IMG/VR virus record: IMGVR_UViG_3300025600_000024
Span: 1 to 49,550 of that record
Source: a virus
Taxonomy: Duplodnaviria > Caudoviricetes
Strand: one strand, 5' to 3'
Length of the DNA stretch: 49,550 bases
The translations under genes and the position numbers were made by a program. Numbering within the stretch: the stretch's first letter is position 1; the number at the start of each line of letters is the position of its first letter. Under the pieces are notes generated by a model, which saw only the letters and a list, made by a program, of their open reading frames with translations, was not told where the DNA came from and did not search any database. Below are positions 43,201 to 49,550 of this stretch, one piece after another.

Positions 43201-43551
43201 CGCTATGGATCAATCTTGAACACGCCTACAGGCGGTTACGCTGCAGGAACACGAAACGCAACGCGCGGGGTTCATTGGGTCGGTGAAAACGGGCCTGAAT
43301 TAATGAACTTCCGTGGTGGCGAAACCATTACAAATAACAAAGATAGCATGGAGGCTTTATCTCCTGAAAAAGCTGCTTCATTAAGGGGATCGAGTGTTTC
43401 AAATAACAGTAAAATTACCATGGCTCCTATCATTCATATTCATATGGGGGACAATATAATTAATAATGAAATGGATATTAAAAAAGTGGTCAGACTGTTA
43501 GGTGATGAATTGGAAGAACAGCTGCAGATCAGCGCAGCGGGAATTTATTAA
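40243..43551 (+). CDS. Tape measure protein with C-terminal M23 peptidase and lytic transglycosylase domains
   Basis: Tape-measure N domain; HEGIDI, GYGN.V.IDH, Y.HL, STGPHLHY (M23); IAMNESGG, SMGLMQ, AINY...RYG (SLT). Confidence 0.93.
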   Translation: MATIASTLKINDGMTPVFKSMMNSMNMIVSTFEDMNRASANAINVKGITAARGELTKAASAFKQIEDNINKTTGAQDKLNKSVSGMSGSSADAITGIKNIAGALGLLSLAAVGVGLIKESLSNAFDRMDTMDRFNRTITTMTGSTDIAKDGLKDLTGIVTGTAYGLNDAAQAAQNFVARGMDMKSATKSVKAWTDAVSFYGKGTTEEFLNVTDAITKMRTKGTVEMDQLNRLFDSGINAVGIYAQATGQMSGDVQDALSKGMISSNDFLNTVENAMETGANGVINIAGAALTAGDSWSGTFSKMSQAATRGMVDIVKSIDAALATNGLPTLKQDIADVGSGFEGTAKTVASAVTVMFDNKDVQTFIKNISTDFTAGKNEFNTAMDEILKKVQENTPQIEKSFNNTKNAWDSFFNTVIMNNGQLQNTDWKSVGDALGTGFSGALGVLTSVGAMLLNIGTFIVTFPKMIADLIIPPKNGLTGFLEDAQTTGIATQNVFIDLANAINGIFNIFGANIPYIQEVGGEAAGALASGMEDRSSEVYQKAQNIHDGTMGFINPITGELQQTGINGILNLSNGMFSQKPLTDQSALSVHDGIHENINTLPGELNTIGSNSIISMGGGIDLSAPIANAAAQGIYGLITGQLNPLGQFGTDTGGFLASGLSGGMSTWNAFTSATQGIVDFIKNAFLKGFDINSPSGFTTYVGEMLGQGLINSLSNTNLGKVATSLMGTLKEAFLQGRTNALSIFEHMGDMGSALLARMGISLPTLGNLLFPTDSQNITSAFGSRESPGGFGSTYHEGIDIGAAYGAAVRATAAGKVIFAGENGGYGNMVEIDHGNGLTTLYAHLSEIMTSVGAAVSAGQQIGKVGSSGNSTGPHLHYGVYENGVAVDPMTAAISGGSGDVGAWIQQAMNAIGITGQDNFNHLVTIAMNESGGDRNAQNNWDSNAMAGTPSMGLMQMIQSTFDAYSSGGSIWDPVSNAISAINYMIDRYGSILNTPTGGYAAGTRNATRGVHWVGENGPELMNFRGGETITNNKDSMEALSPEKAASLRGSSVSNNSKITMAPIIHIHMGDNIINNEMDIKKVVRLLGDELEEQLQISAAGIY

Positions 43552-43565
43552 GGGAGGCGTAAAGA

Positions 43566-44228
43566 ATGGCTTATATCGTTTATTTGGACAATGTGGCGTT
43601 ACCTGTTACGCCTTCGAACCTTCAAATTGTCACAACAAATAAAAATACAACCTTGGATTTAATCAATGGGTCCGAAATAAATATCTTAAAGGGTTCCGGC
43701 TTAAAAACCGTGGCCTTTGAGTGTTTAATCCCACAAACTCTTTATCCTTTTGCGATTTATCCGGAGGGATTTAAAGATGCTACTTTTTATTTAGACATCT
43801 TAGAAGCCTTGAAAAATGATAAGAAAACCTTTCAATTCATCGTTTCAAGAGAAAGCCAGTCCGGGCAACCTTTGTTTAACACTAATATTAAAGTCTCTTT
43901 AGAAGATTTTACACCGGTGGAAGACGCTGGGAGCGGAACGGATATAAAAGTATCAATTAATTTAAAAGAATTCAAGGAATATGGAACAAAATTTGTCATC
44001 ATCGAGCCGGAAATACCGCCAGTGGTGGCAGATCCACCCAGGCCAGTTGATCCAGCGCCAGAACCGGCACGGCGATTATACACCGTTGTTTCGGGGGATT
44101 GCCTTTGGGCGATTTGCAGGAGCCAACTGGGCGACGGATCCCGTTGTTGGGATGTGGCCGCTTCGAACGGCATTGCTGATGCAAACCTGATATTCCCAGG
44201 ACAAGTCATTGACTTGACAGGGTATTAA
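43566..44228 (+). CDS. LysM-domain tail protein (XkdP-like)
   Basis: LPVTPS.L, C-terminal YTVVSGDCLWAI...NLIFPGQ. Confidence 0.92.
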   Translation: MAYIVYLDNVALPVTPSNLQIVTTNKNTTLDLINGSEINILKGSGLKTVAFECLIPQTLYPFAIYPEGFKDATFYLDILEALKNDKKTFQFIVSRESQSGQPLFNTNIKVSLEDFTPVEDAGSGTDIKVSINLKEFKEYGTKFVIIEPEIPPVVADPPRPVDPAPEPARRLYTVVSGDCLWAICRSQLGDGSRCWDVAASNGIADANLIFPGQVIDLTGY

Positions 44229-44229
44229 T

Positions 44230-45234
44230 ATGATCCTGGACATTAAAACGCAAAATGGAAATACCATTTATGAGCCAGTAGTGAAAGACGGGGTAACCCT
44301 TACCAGGGAAAAGAACAAGCCCGCCGTTTTAAAATTCACTGTTTTGGCTGATGAAAATTTCAAGGTGGAAGAAGGAGACATTGTCAGTTTTCAGTCAAGT
44401 ACCCTGGATCCCACCAATGAAACACATAATTGCTTTTATGGTTATGTGTTTGGGATTGCACCAAATAAAACTAAAGAAATAACCATTACGGCCTATGATC
44501 AAATTCGGTATCTGCTAAGTTCTGATACTTACATTTATGCAGATAAAACACTAACTCAATTTTTAAGAATGCTTTGTTCGGATACGCAGATAAAAAGCGG
44601 GAATGATATCATGGAAACATTTTATGTAATCCCTAGCAGAGTGGAGGACAATCAAACCTATTTGGACATGCTTTTAACGGCCATCCAATTAACCAGGGAT
44701 AACACCGGGGTGGATTATATCCTTTGGGACAATTTTGGAGAAATTGCTTTGCACGATACAAATTTTTTCAAGATTCCTTTGAAGGTTGATAATGAAACCG
44801 CCCAGGACTTTACCTTTGAATCCTCAATCGATTCTGAAACTTTCAATCAGATTAAAGTTGTCAGAGAAAATGAGGATGGTACCCGTGAGGTTTTTATCAG
44901 AAATGATCCTAACACGATTGGGAAATGGGGGCTATTGCAGTTTTATGACACGGTTGCAAATGATGAGAATGGAGACGCCAAAGCAGATACACTATTAGCT
45001 CAAAAAAATAAGAAGACACGAACAATGAGTCTTTCCGGGGCGTTTGGTGATATACGGGTAAGAGGTGGATCCACCGTGTACGTTCAAATTGATGATGCCG
45101 TTGATATGGGGTTTAACATTGAGGGGTACACCACTGGTGCTTTTATGCAGGTCACAAAGGCAACTCATAATTTTAACAACGGTTTACACACCATGGATTT
45201 AGAAATAACAGGAGGGGGCCTGATCAATGGCTGA
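44230..45234 (+). CDS. Baseplate hub protein (XkdQ-like)
   Basis: TAYDQIRYL, SID.ETFNQIK, WGLLQ, GD.RVR.G. Confidence 0.88.
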   Translation: MILDIKTQNGNTIYEPVVKDGVTLTREKNKPAVLKFTVLADENFKVEEGDIVSFQSSTLDPTNETHNCFYGYVFGIAPNKTKEITITAYDQIRYLLSSDTYIYADKTLTQFLRMLCSDTQIKSGNDIMETFYVIPSRVEDNQTYLDMLLTAIQLTRDNTGVDYILWDNFGEIALHDTNFFKIPLKVDNETAQDFTFESSIDSETFNQIKVVRENEDGTREVFIRNDPNTIGKWGLLQFYDTVANDENGDAKADTLLAQKNKKTRTMSLSGAFGDIRVRGGSTVYVQIDDAVDMGFNIEGYTTGAFMQVTKATHNFNNGLHTMDLEITGGGLING

Positions 45235-45586
45235 TTTACTTAATACAATTAAAAAGGCAGGAGTAGGCGCCATGCAGGCTAACGCTCCGGTGGCTGTCAT
45301 GTTTGGCACCGTGACAAGTGCTGATCCTCTGGAAATTAAAATTGAACAGAAAATGACATTAACGGCGGCCTTCCTAGTCCTTACAGATGCTGTGAAAGAT
45401 CACGGGGTAACTTTTACTGTTAATGGTTCAACCGGCTCTGGCGGTGATCCTGGTCATTATCACGATTATTCAGGTGACAAACTGTATCTACAGCAAAGCA
45501 CCCTAAGATTAGGGGACACCGTGGTTTTATTACGTGTTCAAGGCGGTCAAAAATTTGTAGTGCTGGATAGGGTGTGGTCAACATGA
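45227..45586 (+). CDS. DUF2577 (XkdR-like) baseplate protein
   Basis: FGTV.S..PL.I, L..GD.V.LLR.QGGQ.FVVLDR. Confidence 0.88.
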   Translation: MADLLNTIKKAGVGAMQANAPVAVMFGTVTSADPLEIKIEQKMTLTAAFLVLTDAVKDHGVTFTVNGSTGSGGDPGHYHDYSGDKLYLQQSTLRLGDTVVLLRVQGGQKFVVLDRVWST

Positions 45587-45984
45587 TTCCCACAAGCACA
45601 AACAATCTGGCGTCTCTGGACAAAATCACACAGAAACCCAGTAAGACCTATCGGTTAGATGTTGAAAACAACCGGATCACGGGTTATTGTGACGGTTTAG
45701 AGGCTGTTAAGCAGGCCGTTTATTTAATCCTGAACACAGAACGTTTTGAGTATCTTATCTTTTCATGGAATTACGGGGTTGAAATTAGAAAACTCATCGG
45801 GAAACCTACCACTCTGATCATTCCAGAGCTGGAAAGATATATCAAGGAAGCACTCACTCAAGACGATCGTATTAATGAGGTGTCAAACTTTTCCCATGAA
45901 ATCATAAAAAGTAAAGTTCTCACAAGTTTTACAGTTGTTTCAAATGTGGGTAATTTTATAAGTGGATTGGAGGCAAATATATAA
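45583..45984 (+). CDS. DUF2634 (XkdS-like, gp25-like) baseplate protein
   Basis: DGLEAVKQA...L.TER....I.S..YG.E, I.EAL..D.RI. Confidence 0.9.
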   Translation: MIPTSTNNLASLDKITQKPSKTYRLDVENNRITGYCDGLEAVKQAVYLILNTERFEYLIFSWNYGVEIRKLIGKPTTLIIPELERYIKEALTQDDRINEVSNFSHEIIKSKVLTSFTVVSNVGNFISGLEANI

Positions 45985-47046
45985 ATGTATGAAAGTATAA
46001 CCTATGATGTGATTATGAATCGGATGCTTGCAAAGGTAATAGAAAGTAATCCGGATATTGATACAAGAGAAGGCAGTTTGATTTTTGATGCCCTAGCACC
46101 GGCGGCGGTCGAGCTTCAATTAATTTATATTGAGTTTGATGTGATATTGAATGAGACTTTTGCCGATACGGCATCAAGACCAAATCTAATTAAAAGAGCC
46201 GCGGAACGGGGCGTTATTGTATACCCTTCGACCACGGCCACCTTAAGGGGTGAATTCACACCATCGAGTATTAACATCCCTATCGGTTCCCGTTTTAGTT
46301 TGGGAGGATTGAACTATTTCACAAAATCTAAAACCTCTGATGGAAATTATCAGATGCAGTGTGAAACAGCGGGAATTATTGGAAATCAATTTTATGGGGT
46401 TCTAGTCCCTATAAATTACATTGCCGGCCTGGCAACCGCACGATTGGCTGAAGTGCTTATACCTGGGGAGGACGAAGAAGCTACAGAGGATTTAAGGGAA
46501 CGTTACTTTGCCAGTTTCGAAACAAAAGCTTTTGGTGGAAATAAAACTGATTATCTGGAAAAAACAAATGCTCTGCCTGGCGTTGGCTCAACCAAAGTTA
46601 CACCCAACTGGAATGGTGGCAGCACAGTTAAATTAACAATATTGGATTCGGATTTTAACAAAGCGTCAAGCGCCTTAATCAGCGCTGTACAGGTGGCCAT
46701 CGATCCTACACAGGATGGTCAGGGTTTGGGCATTGCTCCAATCGGACACATTGTCACCGTGAACACTCCGGCGGAAGTGGTCATTGATGTGACGGCCACA
46801 ATTACTTATGATGATGGGTACGGGACAAGCATTGCGATCACTCAGGCAGTGTCAGATTACCTGTTGGAATTAAGAACCTCCTGGGCGGATCAAGGCAGCT
46901 TGATTGTCAGAACCGCACAAATCGAAACAAAATTATTGGCCATCACCGGTATTCTCGATATTGCGAATACCAAAATAAATGGTGTGGCAAACAATCTCAC
47001 GCTCTCAGCCTTCCAGATACCGACTCTGGGGACGGTAACCGCATGA
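45985..47046 (+). CDS. Baseplate J-like wedge protein (XkdT-like)
   Basis: DTREGS.I.DALAP, G.DEE..E.LR.RY, GGN..DY, APIG..VTV. Confidence 0.94.
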   Translation: MYESITYDVIMNRMLAKVIESNPDIDTREGSLIFDALAPAAVELQLIYIEFDVILNETFADTASRPNLIKRAAERGVIVYPSTTATLRGEFTPSSINIPIGSRFSLGGLNYFTKSKTSDGNYQMQCETAGIIGNQFYGVLVPINYIAGLATARLAEVLIPGEDEEATEDLRERYFASFETKAFGGNKTDYLEKTNALPGVGSTKVTPNWNGGSTVKLTILDSDFNKASSALISAVQVAIDPTQDGQGLGIAPIGHIVTVNTPAEVVIDVTATITYDDGYGTSIAITQAVSDYLLELRTSWADQGSLIVRTAQIETKLLAITGILDIANTKINGVANNLTLSAFQIPTLGTVTA

Positions 47047-48056
47047 TTAGGAATGTAAGCTTAATCAATCAGGTGCCCCTTTATTTAGGGGGTGTTGAAG
47101 AAATTAAGCAGATCGTAAATGCTGAAAATCCAGAATTTCAAACAACCGCGGATGAAAGTGAAAATATTAAGAACAATCAGTTTGTCAACACACTAACCAT
47201 CGACGGTGCAAACCGGTGGGAAAAGATTTTAAAGATTCCCACAAACATCAATGATGTGTTAGAAGATCGGAGGTTTCGGGTTTCCGCCCGATTAAAGAGG
47301 TCATTCCCTTACACGGAAATAGCCTTAAAAAATGACTTATCGAGTTTAACAAATGGAGATTATACCTTATTTCTCGATAGTGTCAATTCGATTTTAAAAA
47401 TAAGGATCTCTGTTAATTCAAAATCAAACTTCAACGAGATTTTAAATTTATTGAATGCTGTTTGCCCGGCTAATTTAATTATCGATTTATGGTACAAATA
47501 TGATATTTTGACCAAATGCGGCGATATGCTGTGCGGTCAATATCACATCACGGGGACAATTGGAGAAATTATATCTTCAGGTATGTCTTTATCCAACCTT
47601 ACAACACGGGCAGCCTATGCTATCGAAGCATGCGGGACGTTTCCAAATATAGGGACGATCGGTGTTATTTTTAACCAGCCGATGGGAATGGACGACAACT
47701 CCACTTCAGGGTTAAGCAACGAAAACCCGTGTGGCACGCTACCAATTCCGGGAACCGTTGGTTTGATAATTGATGACCCGATTGGTACGTCATTCGTGTG
47801 TGATAGGGCACAAATTGAATATGACATTTGTAACAGGCTAATAGCTTCAGGGACAATTGGCTTGACAATCAATAATCCTCTGGGAGCCTCATGTATTGAG
47901 TCAAGTGCAGTCAATCAACAAGGGGTTTGTGGTGCTCTAATAGCAGCGGGCTCTGTGGGGTTGGCGGCGGTCATGGGTGCCATGGCCTTATCAACAATTC
48001 GGACATTTAGCCCGGTTAATTATATGCTCTGCGGGGAATTAATCTGTGGGGCATAA
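47043..48056 (+). CDS. DUF2313 (XkdU-like) baseplate protein with C-terminal 33-aa repeat extension
   Basis: RWEKIL.I, LEDRRFR, PANL; then five C(G/N)xxxxxG(T/S)(I/V)G repeats. Confidence 0.85.
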   Translation: MIRNVSLINQVPLYLGGVEEIKQIVNAENPEFQTTADESENIKNNQFVNTLTIDGANRWEKILKIPTNINDVLEDRRFRVSARLKRSFPYTEIALKNDLSSLTNGDYTLFLDSVNSILKIRISVNSKSNFNEILNLLNAVCPANLIIDLWYKYDILTKCGDMLCGQYHITGTIGEIISSGMSLSNLTTRAAYAIEACGTFPNIGTIGVIFNQPMGMDDNSTSGLSNENPCGTLPIPGTVGLIIDDPIGTSFVCDRAQIEYDICNRLIASGTIGLTINNPLGASCIESSAVNQQGVCGALIAAGSVGLAAVMGAMALSTIRTFSPVNYMLCGELICGA

Positions 48057-48071
48057 AGAAAGGAGTAAGTT

Positions 48072-48377
48072 ATGGCATTTTGGAGTACAACCTATCTGAA
48101 TAAGATTAGAAACAAAATCATGGTTGACGTGATTAAAGCAAAGTACAAAATCGGGTCCACTTACTATGACGCTGTGATCAACAGCAAAACAGTGTCCGGA
48201 GAAAATGTGGTGATCATTGTTGGTTGTCCAAACGTCCCGGCAGGGACTTTGACAATTACGGAGGTCGTTTTGTATGATAACAACGGCGATATCGTCGCTT
48301 CCAAAGTCGAGTCTGTATCAAAGACAGGCTCACAAGGCGTGTTATTTAAATTTGAATTACCTATTAAGGAGGTATAA
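48072..48377 (+). CDS. Tail-fibre-module protein (fibre N-terminal-like)
   Basis: ITEV.LYD.NG..VA motif; AAAGGAG RBS. Confidence 0.6.
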   Translation: MAFWSTTYLNKIRNKIMVDVIKAKYKIGSTYYDAVINSKTVSGENVVIIVGCPNVPAGTLTITEVVLYDNNGDIVASKVESVSKTGSQGVLFKFELPIKEV

Positions 48378-48380
48378 ATT

Positions 48381-48800
48381 ATGGCAGATCCTACCCATTA
48401 CAGTTTAACCAAATGGTTAGATGATGTTCCTGGTATACAAACCGGAACACCGTTTGACCAGATCAGAATGAATAACATTGAACAGGGCATTTTAGCAAAT
48501 AATATTCATAATGCCTTTTTAAATCAGCACGCCAATTATGCATCGCTGGAAGTTGAAAACAACCGGCCTTTACGGATTCCTGTCACTTTGGCGGGGGCAA
48601 ATGTTCCCTTGTCAGTAAACATCCCAATCCTGCGCAACCACATCAATTATAGTGTGGCTGTGGAGATCAGCACTGTAACCGGCACAGATGCAGGTGATGT
48701 CGTCATAACAAATAAACAGGCCAATGGTTTCACCATCGCTCACACGGGGGCAGCCACGGCGGTCACTGTGATCTGCATCGTTTCCGGAGGTATGATCTAA
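48381..48800 (+). CDS. Putative short tail fibre/adaptor protein
   Basis: QTGTP....MNNIEQGI N-terminus; beta-rich C-terminus (NYSV, K..NGFTI). Confidence 0.55.
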   Translation: MADPTHYSLTKWLDDVPGIQTGTPFDQIRMNNIEQGILANNIHNAFLNQHANYASLEVENNRPLRIPVTLAGANVPLSVNIPILRNHINYSVAVEISTVTGTDAGDVVITNKQANGFTIAHTGAATAVTVICIVSGGMI

Positions 48801-48967
48801 TGGCCAACATCATTATTAAATCGGATGATCGAAGAGCCAGGGAGCATAAAATCTTAAATGATTTAGGCCCTGGACGAAACGCATCAAGAAAAGATCGTGA
48901 GTATGCCGCCTGCATCGCAGAGAAAACGCATGAACAAATAACAAAAATGAAATCAAGGGAGAGATAA
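48800..48967 (+). CDS. Small basic hypothetical protein (55 aa; not in ORF track)
   Basis: TAATG coupling, GGAGG RBS; MANIIIKSDDRRAREHK... Confidence 0.65.
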   Translation: MANIIIKSDDRRAREHKILNDLGPGRNASRKDREYAACIAEKTHEQITKMKSRER

Positions 48968-48970
48968 CAA

Positions 48971-49294
48971 ATGATTGTTAATGAAAAAAACGAAGGACCA
49001 AAGTTAGTTTATAGAGTTGTCGGAACAAAGATTTATTTAGGCGTTGATGAAGATATCATGTTGAACCTGAAAAATTATGAACGTGATTTTGAGGTAACGT
49101 TGAATTGCTGCATGGATTATGATTGTGTCTTGATCACAAATTTAGCGGTTTATTATGTTGCTCAAATCACCATTCCTGCACGAGCTTATGTCAATAGTGT
49201 GGCGGTACCTTTTAGCATGGACAACTGCATTCTTGATTTATGGAGTATGGATGTTCCTGTTAACGTAGATGCCCCTGTTACAGAGGTGATTTAA
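48971..49294 (+). CDS. Hypothetical protein upstream of DGR target
   Basis: 107 aa; YVAQI.IPAR.Y...VPFSMD...L.LW; TAATG-coupled to the target gene. Confidence 0.75.
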   Translation: MIVNEKNEGPKLVYRVVGTKIYLGVDEDIMLNLKNYERDFEVTLNCCMDYDCVLITNLAVYYVAQITIPARAYVNSVAVPFSMDNCILDLWSMDVPVNVDAPVTEVI

Positions 49295-49550
49295 TGGCTA
49301 ATTTTGATGATGTAATCTTAGCGGCTAAATCATTAAGCCGTGGTAACGTGGAAGTAAAAATGATTGATGACGTGGCGGGGGTTGTTTACCCGTCTTTTAT
49401 GTTTAAAATGCCAAAGCTTAAAAACTCCGAATTGTATACCGGCGGGGCTGAAACCACCCACCCCGCCTGGATCGTCGATGGCGTGGAAAAGACCGAGTTT
49501 TTATTTAGCTGTTACATTAACAGCGTGATTAATGGAAAAGCTTTAAGCCT
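49294..49550 (+). CDS. DGR target protein, 5' part (continues to stop at 950)
   Basis: GAGGTG RBS, ATG 49294: MANFDDVILAAKSLSRGNVEVKMIDD...KNSELYTGGAETTHPAW, joining ORF 15..950. Confidence 0.9.
   Translation, partial: MANFDDVILAAKSLSRGNVEVKMIDDVAGVVYPSFMFKMPKLKNSELYTGGAETTHPAWIVDGVEKTEFLFSCYINSVINGKALS
49418..49550 (+). repeat. Terminal direct repeat (right copy)
   Basis: Matches 1-133 at 132/133 positions. Confidence 0.95.

Larger units (their letters stand above)
1..49550. mobile_element. Complete temperate phage genome (myovirus-like, PBSX/Xkd-type tail), circular/excised form
   Basis: Lysogeny, replication, packaging, head, contractile tail and lysis modules all present; terminal overlap; intact attP next to integrase; no host housekeeping genes. 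Confidence 0.95.

Overview
The window is an apparently complete, circularly permuted genome (about 49,417 bp; ends overlap by 133 bp) of a temperate contractile-tailed phage with a PBSX/Xkd-like tail. Its host is probably a low-GC Bacillota, inferred from sigmaA promoters, GGAGG RBSs and gene families. It is in the excised state, with an intact attP whose core is the 3' half of a tRNA-Arg(ACG). Gene order: DGR cassette, lysis, a leftward accessory operon, attP/integrase, cI/cro switch, early genes, PolA-type replication module with two free-standing HNH endonucleases, late regulator, packaging, head, tail. Two features stand out. (1) A complete diversity-generating retroelement (target with VR 825-938, avd, TR 1366-1479, RT) in which all 17 VR/TR differences fall on TR adenines. 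(2) A SNF2 helicase whose Walker A motif carries a 9-nt stop-containing insert between matched GGC codons, directly behind an HNH gene: a candidate minimal ribosome-bypass element that could protect against the homing endonuclease. All family assignments come from motif recognition by eye; no database searches were run.
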